From the human T2T-CHM13v2.0 reference genome, Homo sapiens: 64,000 bases of DNA. Position 1 is the stretch's first letter, and each line of letters begins with the position of its first letter. The notes beneath the pieces are model-generated. The model saw only the letters and a list, made by a program, of their open reading frames with translations, was not told where the DNA came from and did not search any database. The translations under genes and the position numbers were made by a program. Of the stretch, positions 1-14,020 are shown piece by piece. The DNA lies in assembly GCF_009914755.1 (NCBI RefSeq), contig NC_060942.1. One strand, written 5' to 3'.

Positions 1-1959
1 CCTAAACTGCTCACTAGCCCTTCTGCTGGAGAGGGACCAGAGGTGGAAGACCTGCCAGAGTGAGTGCCAGGCAGCTCTAGACTTCTGGGTATTCATTTCT
101 CATAAAAGGTTGCAGTATTTCCTGGACACCTGAATTCTATGTCTTCACGGCAAAAACAATTCAAAATGTCCCAAAACATTATGCAGGAAGGAGTTTTTAA
201 TTTTTTTTAAATCACTTTTCCAAAATGGTACCCTGAGGTGATCCTGTCTTCAATCTCCCAGCAATGAAAACAATGTGGTTGAAAAGTTGACAGCTTTCAA
301 CCCTTGAAAAGGTCACCTCCCTGCCTCACACCCTCTCGTAAGTATTAAGAGCATAACGGATATTTTGAGTCACATGTATTGTTCTTTGTTCATTTGCATT
401 TGGTGAAATCCCCCCCTTGGACCAATTTAGTAAGCAGTGCCTTGGGCTTCCTTGGTGATTGTTCTCTTGTCTTCTGTATATTTTTTCCTGTGAAAAAAAT
501 TTAGACTCAGCCAGTGAAATGAAGTTGCAGCCTCTGTCACTGATGCTTTCTTTTTGCTCAGATGATCTTTCCATCTCGCTTGGGACAGAATTCCTTCTTC
601 TTTGCAACGAATGAAGACCTTCGAGGCTCAGCTGAGGCCCTTGTACTCCAAGACTTTCTGAAAGCTCCCTCGCCCCTCCCCATCTGACCTTCTGTTGGAC
701 TGACATACTTCTCCATATTTCAGCCTCAGATGGCTTGGTGTTCACCACTAGACTGTGTTACTGAAAGTTAATCAAGGGTCCTAGGGCCATTTACAAAGTG
801 GGACTGTAAGAGAAAGTCTAGCTAGATGGAAATGTATCCTAAATACCCCCAAGTCCCAGCACAGGGGTTCCCATCAACAAAAAGCCTCACCTCCAAATAC
901 ATTGCTGAGGACGCAGGGCCCCGTCTTCCCACCTGACGCACTACACACCACGTCAGCTGTCACAGGAGGTCTGAGTGCTTTATGAAGCTGCCTGCTTTCT
1001 CTCTTACCTCCATGTGTAAGCCAACCACTCTGGCTTTCAGAAACATATTTCTTTCTCTATGAGTAATTTAAAAGTGACTCATCCTCAGCCTCACCAGCCG
1101 GTCCATGTGACCTGCAGTGCTGGTTGAGTGTTATCTATAGATGTGTAAACCAAAGCAGTTCTTAGAACACAGATTCCCCCTCCCACGTGCTGTTGATTTC
1201 CCTTTGCTACACAGGGAGGGAACGATGTCAGACATGAGCAGCCAGGGACTGCCCGCTCCGCACTCAAATCTGGAATGTGTCCATTAGAGGAAACAAAGGC
1301 CATCACCCAGTGACAGAAAAGAAGAGACAGGCAAAAGGCCTAATATATTTATTTTAGTATTAGCAGACCATCAAGAAGCTCTGAGAAAACTCCACAAAAA
1401 TTGAAGACGATGATGACCCATATAAACAAAAAACTGCTCAAAGTTCTTTTTCTGAGCCAGTAGAAATTTAGACCTCATGAAACAGAGATGACACCCACAC
1501 CCACCCCAACCAAAACCCCACCAACACGTCTTCATTGCTCAATCAGAAACACATTCCTGGGATCTGCTGTGGTTTGTCTTGGGAACTCACATATATGAAC
1601 ATGTTTTTATTTCTTCAACTTGCCTTTATTCCACCATCACCAAAGAATGGTGTCAGGCCCAGCTCGGGGACACTACTGGTGCAGGCAGGCACGCGGGTGA
1701 CACAGCTGGCCAGCATTCTAGATCGTGTTTCTTACCTCTTTCTCACTTCCTATTTTCTATTAAACCAAATCTGAACTCATTTGCCTGCTTTGTGAAGACC
1801 TTCATAATCCAGCTACTGTCGCCTGATTTTCTAGCACCATCTATGCTCTTGGCACAATTAATCCTTGGCTACCACTAGGGCAGCATCCTCACTGCTCCTC
1901 CAAGGAAGACACCAGAGCCTTCATTTCCATGCCTTCACCCTCCCAAACCCCCAAACTCT

Positions 1960-2031
1960 GCCCTCCTTCCTTCTTTCCTTCCCTCCTTCCTTCCTTCTTT
2001 CCATCCCTCCTTCCTTCCCTCCTTCCTTCCT
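1960..2031. repeat. (CCTT)n simple repeat abutting an Alu tail
   Basis: Degenerate ccttccttcc run directly before a minus-strand Alu. Confidence 0.85.
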
Positions 2032-2037
2032 TTAAAT

Positions 2038-2307
2038 TGAGAAACTTTTGCTCTGTCACTCAGGCTGGAGTGCAGTCGCAATTATAGCTCACTGCAGCCT
2101 TGAATTCCCAGGATCAAGTGATCCTCTTGCCTCAACCTCCTGAGTAGCTGGGACTATAGGCATGTGCCACTATGTCTGGCTAGTTTTTGTAGAGATGGGG
2201 TCTGGCTATGTTGCCAAGGTTGGTCTTGAACTCCTCGGTTCAAGTCATTGGTCCACCTCGGCCTCCCAAAGTGCTGGGATTACAGGTGTGAGTCACCATG
2301 GCTGGCC
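2038..2307 (-). mobile_element. Alu SINE (AluJ-like)
   Basis: gctggagtgcag...gctcactgcagccttgaa...cctcccaaagtgctgggattacaggtgtgag, i.e. the reverse complement of the Alu consensus with J-type features. Confidence 0.93.
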
Positions 2308-2834
2308 ACCCTTCCTTACCACTGTCTGTATCTTTACCTTCTGGGAGCACTCTTACCTTCATCACCCAAATCTTAACCCATTCTTCCAGCTCAGCTCATC
2401 CCACCTGAAAATCTCCTTACCTTCCTCACCTGACCATTCAAGCTGTCACTAATGTCTACATCTCCTAAACTTCTCCAATAGTTCATCACATCTGCTCTTC
2501 AGTTTTGTTTTGCTACCTAATATATCACTTCTTATATTTTCCAATATTGTTTGATTGCAAGTTCTTTTGGGAGGGGTATCACATATTTCACTCCTATTGG
2601 CCCCACAGTGCCTAGCCCTATAACAGCAGATGAAGCAACCTTTAGATTGAAACAAATATTATTTTAATATTGCCAAAAAGGTGTAATAAGCAAGGTCTTA
2701 CTAAACTTTTGGCCAGCTGTTAAATTTGATTGCATGTTGCCTGAAAGAGAAACTTTACTTTTTATCCTAGTAGGAAGTTATGTGGAGAGGAATAATGTAT
2801 TGGATATTCAGTAAAATGAAAAAAAACACACAAC

Positions 2835-3070
2835 AATAGTCATTTATATAGCACTGTGTACAAGCACTGATCTAAGCACTTAACAAATATCCATTCATCT
2901 TAAACTTCATAGTGACTTTAAAAAGTAGGCACTATTATATTCCCCACTTCACACATGAGGAGATCAAAGTATTGGAGGGAAGTTGTCCAAAGTCACATAG
3001 TGGCTAAGCTAGACTCAAACTCTGGCAATCTGGCAATCAGACTCTTCAGAGTCTGTGCTCTTAGTGGCTG
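2835..3070 (-). mobile_element. MIR SINE
   Basis: gtaggcactattatattccccacttcacacatgaggagatcaaag...gaagttgtccaaagtcacatag matches the antisense MIR core. Confidence 0.75.
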
Positions 3071-4060
3071 TGCTATATTCCTGTTAATAGGTGTGTGCTT
3101 TTATATGGCCTTTTTCATTGAAGCAAAGAGGAGCTTATCTTCTGTATGGATACCATGTTACAGTTATGTGTACTAAATCCATCATGAGTCAAGTCCAGTG
3201 TAAAGAAAACTGATGGTGAGATGTCATCTTCCAGGGAAGCTTCAGAAAGAAGTATGGTGGTGGTATGGGAGCTGAACAAATAGAGTTTTCTTTGAAATGA
3301 ATGGAGTAAAATCTTCCAGTCCGCCCTCAGGACCCTGTGATATGGTACCACCCTTCCATGCTCTGTAGAAATAAGAGATTTGAACCTCTGGGCAATCTTT
3401 AGGTAGGCTTGCTCCAGAAAAATATTACTACATACCCAAGAGAATCTTCCCAAATCCTACTTTCTCAACATAAACTCAATACAACTCAAATCACAGCTGC
3501 CATTAGATTTGCTTACAAATTTTAAATATGATCTGGCAGCCCCAGACATGGTATGCCTGAGAACTCCAGATTAGGTACAAGAAGAAAACCTCATCCTGGT
3601 GGTCAAATCACGGCAGGAAGTGATGCCACTGACAATTATTCCTGTATTAGCAGTTGCTTAAGTACCATGAGGCTTTTAGGGGGAAAGACTGGGAGGCAGT
3701 GGTTGGAAATGAAGCCCATTATTAATGTAGTCAAGCTCTTCAGCTGGATTCAATAAAATAAAAAGCCCTGCCCAGACCAGTGTCTGTAGTAGAAGATGCT
3801 AAAGAGCTGTTTTTCAAAAATCTGGCTTTATTGAATCCAGGCTTTATACACAGCATTCCTTCTTCCTGAATGGCTGAAAAATCATTCCATGCATTTGAAA
3901 CCACTGGAGGAGAAATGAACTTAAGCCATGGCAAGAAAGCACAGTTAGATTTAAGGCGTGAACGTCAGCGTTCAAGGTAATGGAAACCTTGGTAGCCCTG
4001 TAGATAGATTTTCAAGAGAGACTGTGAAATCCTCAAGTCAATTAATAGAAGAATATTTTT

Positions 4061-4255
4061 CACAATAGCAAAGACTTGGAACCAACCCAAATGTCCAACA
4101 ATGATAGACTGGATTAAGAAAATGTGAATGCTAGATGACGAGTTAGTTGGTGCAGCGCACCAGCATGGCACATGTATACATATGTAACTAACCTGCACAT
4201 TGTGCACATGTACCCTAAAACTTAAAGTATAATAATAAATAAATAAATAAATAAA
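4061..4255 (+). mobile_element. Young 5'-truncated L1 (L1PA2/PA3-like 3' end) with internal deletion and 17-bp TSD
   Basis: cacaatagcaaagacttggaaccaacccaaatgtcc...gcaccagcatggcacatgtatacatatgtaactaacctgcacattgtgcacatgtaccctaaaacttaaagtataat plus (TAAA)n tail; TSD aatagaagaatattttt at 4044-4060 and 4256-4272. Confidence 0.93.
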
Positions 4256-4274
4256 AATAGAAGAATATTTTTAT

Positions 4275-4420
4275 TAATTCAATTCAGGTTCAAAATTATT
4301 ATTGGGCGCCTACCATGTGCCAGCCCCCATGTGGTGCCCTGCAAGGCTCTAAGGATACCAAGATGAATAAACACAACCACTGCTCAGGAGGAATTTACAA
4401 CCCAAGGGAGGAAACAGGAG
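4275..4420 (-). mobile_element. L2 LINE 3' fragment
   Basis: attcaattc...ttattattgggcgcctaccatgtgccag...aagatgaataaacac resembles the antisense L2 3' end. Confidence 0.6.
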
Positions 4421-6349
4421 CTCAGGGCTGACAACCATGGAGGGAAGTGTCTTGGTTTGGATGAACCTCATTGGGTGTGACTCTGTTGGTCTCTGTCCCT
4501 CTCTCTGGGTTTGCTGCTGTCACTTTTCATGGCTCTGGCTCTGTCTTCATTGTTCTCTGACTGCCTTGTCTCCATCTTCCAGGCCCCTAGCTGCAGACCT
4601 CCCTGGCTTGGGGAGCCGCAGGCATCTTCTGTGTTTATCCCTCCAACCACATCCCTGGCCAATGGCTGCTTCTGCTTCCATACCCTGCTCAGCAGGCTCA
4701 TCCACACTCATCAGGAATCCTGGAGAGACCTCTCCTATCCCAAACCTCTCTCAGGCTAAATGGCTACACAACCGGAAAAGGAGCCGTGGAGAAACTGACT
4801 CCTTGGGGGTGAAGGCCTCGGGCCTAGGTGTTTTACAGTCACCTGTGCAACAAACATTTACAAAGGGATGCAAAGGGCCCAGACACTGGCGGGAGACAAA
4901 AAGAGATTGAGCAAGACTCTGTCCTCAAGGACCTTAGGATCTAGAGAAGGCTTGCAGGGGAGGGGGGTGGAATCTAAGCCCGAGGGGATGTCCGAATAAC
5001 AAACAAGCTATATGACAATGTTGAAAACAGAGTTCACTCCCAGGTTGGGTCTAATTGAGCCAGACAGTCATTGTCAAAAATCACATGCCCCAAATGGGCA
5101 GAGTTCGTTTGCTGGATCGCTTTAAAGCTGTGCCGTCTGCCTTGAAGCAAGTCCACTGTCATTTTGTTAAACAAGGGTCCTTCATCCAATACTGGTTATG
5201 GCCAGGGTTGCAGACCCACAGGACACAAAGCCTGGCCCTCAGTATGAGGACCAGCTGCTGGCTGGCTTCCTCGGAGGGGGACTGTGGGCTTGGGGGGCAC
5301 TCACGGCTTTATAGACTGCCCAGTCCCATGCCCCAGAGAGAGGTGGTTGGCAGGAAGAAATGTGACACCAGGAAGTGCTAAGGAGAAAGACAAGGCAGCT
5401 CCCAGAGTGGGGAGAAGGATCCGCTGTGGAGGAGGAGAAACTTGGCCAACCTTGGAATGGGCCTTGGAAGACGAGAGGATTTGGACTGGGGGATGTAAGG
5501 CGAGGAGTCAAGCCAGCTCCAGGACCCTGGACGGGGCAGGGACGGCGTCCCTGGACCCTGGACAGCACGCATATCCTGACTGGGGAACGAGGTACCTGCA
5601 GAAGCCACACTGTCACTGGCTGGGAGGACACCCTGCAGTTGACTGCGCCAGCTCTCACTGGCCAAGCCCATACGATATCATGATCAGATCATGGAAAACG
5701 TATACATATTAACAGGGAACCCTGGTGAAATACATTTTTTGGAAATTATTTAGGAGACAAACAGTATAATAATGAACTGGTGTCCCTTAGAACAGTGTTA
5801 AACAGGAGTGAGCATTAACACACCCCTCCAACACTGGGCAGATGCTATCACTGTATTGACTTGGAGTATGACAGCTTACCGACGGGATATGAGGTATCAC
5901 ATAGGTTAAGTTTGGTTAGTAAAACATTAATGATTGCAGCATTAGAAATGATGCATTCCTGACAAGGGACACTATCGTCTTATACAGGTTTCTTTATCAT
6001 ATTGGTTGACTGATGTACTTCCCTCCCCTCCTTCTTTCCTTTTGTCTTTCCTTCCATGGAGCACTGACCAGGTGCTAGGCACTGGGCTAGATGCTGAGAC
6101 TACACGGCAGAATGAGATGTAATCCCTGCTTTATGGTCGCATGCTCCAGCCAGGGAGACCAACAGCTAACAAATTCTAATGTTGCAACATGAGAAGGTGC
6201 TGGAGTAGAGGGATGTGGGAAAGGTGATGGGAGCACGAAGGAAGGTGGCTTCTGTTTTGAATGGGTTTTAAGAGGCCTCCTTTGGTGTATAATTCTATAA
6301 TAAATATGTCTCATTGCTAGGGGGTTGGCTGTCTCTTACAGTCACCTAT

Positions 6350-6497
6350 TTCCTGTCTTTCTCGCCTTCCTTCATTCATCTATCTACCTCCCTTTCTCTT
6401 TCATCTATCTATTCATCTATCATGAATATCATCTATTCATTTATCTACTTCTTTTTCTCTTTCTCTCCATCCAACATCCATCATCCATCCATCTAGC
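6350..6497. repeat. Degenerate (TCTA/TCCA)n simple repeat
   Basis: tctatctattcatctatc...tccatccaacatccatcatccatccatc. Confidence 0.7.
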
Positions 6498-6659
6498 CTT
6501 CTAGGACATTTTAAATACATAACTTTTCTCTCTAAGTCAGATTTCTCTTCTTGCTATAGGAAAAGCCTAGCTACCAAGGATCATTTTGCTAAAGTGAAGG
6601 CTGACAAAGGAGATTTAGAATTCCTTCTTTGGGCACATTTAAAAATAAAATAGGACTGG

Positions 6660-7240
<581 letters not shown>

Positions 7241-7354
7241 CATGATTGTTGCCATCTGGCTGGAATGGGCAGGTGGTTCTGCCTAAAGGCAGAGGGGCCT
7301 ATTGGAGAATGTGTCAAGAGTGCCCATGCCTCCTTGTTCCATCCATTGCCAATG

Positions 7355-7540
7355 TACCAAGGATCATTTTGCCAAAGTGAAGTCTGACAAAGGAGGTTTA
7401 GAATTCCTTCCCTGGGCACATTTAAAAACAGGACTGGGGTCAGGTGTGATGGCTCATGGGCAGGAGGATCACTTGAGCCCATGAGCTTGAGACCAGCCTG
7501 GGCAACATAGCAAGACCTCCATGTCTACAAAACAATTAAA
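7355..7540 (+). repeat. Local duplicate of 6572-6791 (unique flank plus AluJ left arm)
   Basis: taccaaggatcattttgc-aaagtgaag-ctgacaaagg...gggcacatttaaaa...ggactgggg-caggtgtgatggctcatg occurs at both sites. Confidence 0.9.
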
Positions 7541-8373
7541 AATGTCCTAAGTCCCCTTGGACCACCAGCAGCTGCCACCTGTCAACACTGGAACTGATCG
7601 CCCAGGCCAAATGTTGAGGTGGGGACTGAGGCCCTGGAGGATGCACATCCATAGTCTCTGAGGTCATTCTTTGCTGGCTGCAGTTCTAACACGGACTGAT
7701 GACTCTGCATGGAGAGTCACAGGAGGCTTATCGTCATCCATAGCTGACGTCCACAGCCAGACATCCACGAGATGCTCAAACTCAGAATGCTATGTGGCTA
7801 GCATTTTCCAATGCCTAAAGCTTCTGATCTGTTTCCAACTGGGGGGAAATGTGGACTGCTCCGTTTATTGGTATGTCTGGCCTCTGTCGCCTAAATTTCC
7901 AAAGATTCCCTCATCTTCTGTGAAGTATAAAGTCCTCCTGGAATGCCAGGGCTTTTTAGGCGGTCTGCATGTTGTAGGAAGAGAAAAGGTGACCTGAGGG
8001 TGGGATCTAGAAACATTGCACTTTCCCTATTGGAATCCAAAGTGGGGAGCCATTCTCAACAACTAACTAGCAACAACCCAAGTCCTCAGGATTGAACACG
8101 CTCAGCGGTCATCTGTCTTTATCTTGGGGTCTTAACTGTATTTGATGAAAGCTGCTTATTGGCCTAACAGCATTGAATAAACAGGCAAAATTCCCAGCCT
8201 CTGGCTGACTCTCCTGAAGTATCTCCAGCCTTGATTCTGAGAATCTAACATGGGCTTCCCAGCACTACAGGCACAGGCAGGCACCTGATCATCCCTGGTG
8301 ACACTTATTTCCTAATCGATTCCATGGAGGGCTTCTTTTGGGCGGTCAGAAACAACAGGCCCTTGTTTTCTAA

Positions 8374-9002
<629 letters not shown>

Positions 9003-9204
9003 CGTTTTCTTTAAGGGGTAGATGCCGGTGGCCGTCATCAAAGTAATTCTAATGCTATTTAAAATTCTTATCTCTTGAGAAGAATAGAGATGATCCTTTA
9101 ATGTTCTTTTACACATTTTTCAATGTTTTCCTTGCAACTGTAACAAGCAAACTCATGTCATCAATAGCCATATTATGACCGTAATCAGTGATCAGTATGT
9201 GGAA

Positions 9205-9450
9205 GGAAGCCTAACTTGGTGACTAACAGCACACACATGGCTTTAAACCTGGCTCAGTCACTTACCACTGCATGACCTTGCGCAAGCTGCTAAATGCCTC
9301 TGTGCCTCAGTTTTTTTCATCTATAAAATGGGGCTAATGATAGTGCATACCTCATTAGGTTCTTGGGAGTATAAAATATGTTACTATATACGACATGCTT
9401 AAAACAGTGACGGGCACATGGTAAGTGTGAGCTCTCATACTAATGAATGA
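9205..9450 (+). mobile_element. MIR SINE
   Basis: gtcacttaccactgcatgaccttgcgcaagctgctaaatgcctctgtgcctcagttt...atctataaaatggg, the MIR core. Confidence 0.85.
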
Positions 9451-10874
9451 ATAACTCATTGAACTAAGCAACACCAAGCAGACAAGGCAGCATCTAGAAA
9501 CTTGGGTTTTCAATGGGCTACAATAATATAGCAATGAGCTTGGAATGGTGCCTTGTGCATAGTCAGTGTTCAATGTTAGCAACTCGTAATATGGACACCT
9601 GGGCCCCACTTTTGCTTGGAACTGTTTTATATGACCTTGACTTAATCCATCCAAAGCTCAGCTACATTACATTTTGCTTCCTTTCTTCCATCTTTGGTGT
9701 TTATGCGGAAAAGACCCAACCCCAGGTCAGAGAAAGTCCTCCACTAACACTGTGAGATGCAAGTCACATTCGGTATATGACCAGTAAATTGGGTCCCACT
9801 TTGGAGTTCTTCTCCCATTTCATTATCCTTCTGCAAATTTTCCTTGTGTCTGCCCTTTATATGTGCTCAAGACTTCAAATCATGGGGCCATCTGCACTCT
9901 TTAAAACTTTCATTCAGTCGTACTTCTATTTTGCACATAAGGAAACACAAGTACAAACGATAATGTGCAAAGCAGGTATGAAATTAATCAGGCTTGTCAT
10001 GGACGGTCACTGGGCTCACAAGCTACAGGTCGCACATGGGTGACTGTCAACAGTTGGCTGGACACTGATAGAGAGTTACACCAATCGAGTGTCTTCTTCC
10101 AAAAACTTAGAATCAGGTAGACGCCAATGTTTTCTTAGGTATTCTTAGTAAATAGACTTTTTTGAGCAGATTAGAAAAGGAACGATTTATTTTTGAAATA
10201 ATGCTAGTAAAATATATAAATTCAGCTTTTATGAGATTTTCTTACTGTTATAATGTTTTCCTCTATTCTGAATTCAAAGTGAACTTTTAAAATGTCTAAA
10301 AACCATGCTTTGCCTAAGTATTCATAAGCCATGTGTGATACGTGTCCATCATTTGACAATGGCCAGAGTTTACTAGTGTAATTTTCAAGTATCAGTCCCT
10401 GTGCCAGGTTAATGGATTTAAGAAAAAAAACAAAAACCAACACCTTAATTTCTAAGATCTGGCCTTTTAACCTTTTAGGAAATGAAAGGATTTAAATAGC
10501 CTGCTGATATATCTCATAGTGTGTCTACCCTGCAATTCCACTAGCACGGTGTGAATGAGCCTGATTCACTGCTGGAGTGAGGGAGGTTAGGAGATCCTGA
10601 TAAACTCAGATAACATGTAAAGAAAATGCTTAGCAACTGGTGGCCCAGGAGCATTCAGAAGGCTTGCAAGGGCAAAGCACTTATAATCATGAAATGAGAA
10701 GGGATGTTACTGACAATAACCAACTGATTGATAACATCTAGTTATAATAGAGTCTAGTTAAGTGCACTCACAAAACAGCTATATGATGCCACAGGTAAAA
10801 TGAAACTTTGAAAGAAAGCTAGTCCATATATGGTAAATATGCTTCAAGCTGTAAGAGATAAAAATAATAAATAT

Positions 10875-11220
<346 letters not shown>

Positions 11221-11679
11221 TTATATATCAGAGTTAGATTTCAACTCTGACCTGTAATTGGGCTAATACCTATAAGGCACAGGATGATTCTGACTCCCAT
11301 GATTCAGAGCATGTTGAGCTTAGCATGGTCTTATGTATTAATAGTTTAAAAACACAGTGAATGAACACAATCCTAATGAACAATTTCTAAAGATGGACAG
11401 AGCACTTCACCTGGTAATTACTTTTCACATCCTTTCATTCACGTACTCACTTGCTGCACAGCTACTATCTCCTCACTCGTGAGTATTATTCCTCACTTAT
11501 CTGTCTGTTGAGCAAGAACAACGCAGACACTAAACACCCTGATGCTGCTTGGTCCTGAAGAACTGGTGAGATGGATCTGGCTTTTTCATCAGAATATTAT
11601 TATTTTCCCACTTGAGTCTTTGGGGACTCAACAATCATGCCCTGAGAGTAGGCATCAAAATGGTAAACAGTGAATTCCC

Positions 11680-12013
<334 letters not shown>

Positions 12014-12180
12014 CTACCTGAAAATGTAAAAGTATTCAATGAGATCATGAAGGCAGAAAAGTCATGATGCACCAACGGATCTCAACTCCGCATTCATTCC
12101 TCCTTTAGGTCAGCTTTGTCTTCACTTGCACCATAGCCTGCATTCCCATTGATTGACTCTACGCAGGATGTCTATAAATA

Positions 12181-12454
12181 GTAATTAAAAACTGAAAAAA
12201 GACATCATATTGTTTAACTTGAAATAACCTTTCAAAACCACAAAAAGTTTAGCTCCAATATAGAAGTTGTGATCAATTCTCCTTTTTGTTTTATTCCAGA
12301 AAGAAACTGGCACATAATCGTAATTAAAAACTGAAAAAAGACATCATATTGTTTAACTTGAAATAACCTTTCACAACCACAAGAAGTTTAGCTCCAATAT
12401 AGAAGTTGTGATCAATTCTCCTTTTTGTTTTATTCCAGAAAGAAACTGGCACAT
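12181..12454. repeat. Tandem duplication of unique sequence, 2 x 135 bp (period 139)
   Basis: gtaattaaaaactg...gaaactggcacat at 12181-12315 and 12320-12454; 2 mismatches seen. Confidence 0.97.
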
Positions 12455-13717
12455 GTAAGATGAAGAAAAATTCTGTTTCCAACATATATTTTGCTAGGCT
12501 CACCGTTAAAATACACACAAGCCAAAAACACCGACTCTACCTGAACATTTTGGGGGTTGTTTAAACATGTTTGTTTTCTTAGTGAAGCTAAAAATGTTTT
12601 TCCCTGGTGTTTTTGAAGAGACATTTAGACTAAAATAAAAATAAAAATAAATGACATGTATAAAAAGTTATAGTCATCAGACCTGGAGCAGAATTCGGAA
12701 AGCGGATGGAGGAAGTGAATTTTAAGACCTGTGCAGCAGTTTTCCTATTTTGGTTGCTCTAAATAGACGTGGAAAAACAAATCGAAAGAAAAAAGCCCAT
12801 CTCTCTCCACCCTGTACAAATGAGATATAAAAACTGATTCCTCATCTGGAGTTAAGCTCAGGAATAGATTAATGTATGTCCATGCAATATTTTTTCTGTT
12901 ATTATAGATCAAATGCTATTACTATGAACTCTAATAGGACAAGACTTCTTGTTTGTATCAGACTTCTTATCATTTGGTATATTCTAGACATGACTGAGCT
13001 TAAAAATCTTAGGGGGATGAAAACCACAAAGAAATATTTATTGTAGAATACTGACTATAATCAAATTTGACTTGCAGTTTCCTTTTAAGTGAGAAAAACA
13101 TAATAAGAATTTCAGTATAGAAAGGGTTTCCTCACTTGGATAATTGGAATGAGGCCCATGGCTTTGGAAAATCTCTGAAAATATTAGGCTAAGTTTCTTG
13201 TGTTTGTGAATTTTTCTGGAGAGAGGATACATAGCTGTAATTTAATTATCAAAGGATGCACACACACATCTATAATACTATATGTATATATGACTATATA
13301 TAGACACATACACATATGTATATTTACTCATTTAATTCTTAAAACCTCTATGAAATGAGTACTCTTTTGTTCCTCATTTTACAGATAATAAATAAACAAA
13401 GATTACCTACTTCCTAGGTTAGCAGTTGTTTCACTTAATGCTAAGGGACCCAGCCAAGACTATGAACCCAAAACTCAATGAGAAACACAATTGAAACTCA
13501 GAATTTCTAGTACGCATGGACGGGTGGATGAATGGATGTCTCAGGTCTTTTATTGTTGTTTTTTTTTTCTTCTCTGCTCCTCTTTTTCTGATGTATGTGG
13601 ATGGCTCTCCTGTCAATTTACAACCTAGTCTAATGTTAAACACCAACTCATACTTGTCTTTTCTGAGACCCAAGTAAAAAATGGTACATTCATTTTCTGT
13701 TATAAAGAGCATAAAGA

Positions 13718-14020
13718 GGCTGGGCATGGTGGCTCATGCCTGTAATCCCAGCACTTTGGGAGGCCGAGGCGGGTGTATCACCTGAGGTCAGGAGTTCGAG
13801 ACCAGCCTGGCCAACATGGTGAAACCCCGTCTCTACTAAAAATACCAAAACTAGCCGGGCGTAGTGGCAGGCACCTGTAATCCCAGCTACTCGGGGGGCT
13901 GAGGCAGGAGAATTGCTTGAACCCAGGAGGCGGAAGTTGCAGGGAGTCGAGATCATGCCACTGCACTCCAGCATGGGGGACAAGAGTGAGACTTTGTCTC
14001 AAAAAAAAAAAAAAAAAAAA
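13718..14020 (+). mobile_element. Alu SINE (AluSx-like)
   Basis: ggctgggcatggtggctcatgcctgtaatccc...cacctgaggtcaggagttcgagaccagcctggccaac, followed by an A20 tail. Confidence 0.96.

Noticed and set aside
326-748. 140-aa minus-strand ORF
   Set aside because: GTG start, no recognisable domain or homology; at most part of a non-coding terminal exon
5239-5712. Overlapping 100-140-aa ORFs in a GC-rich patch
   Set aside because: Open on both strands because of GC content, with no recognisable protein features
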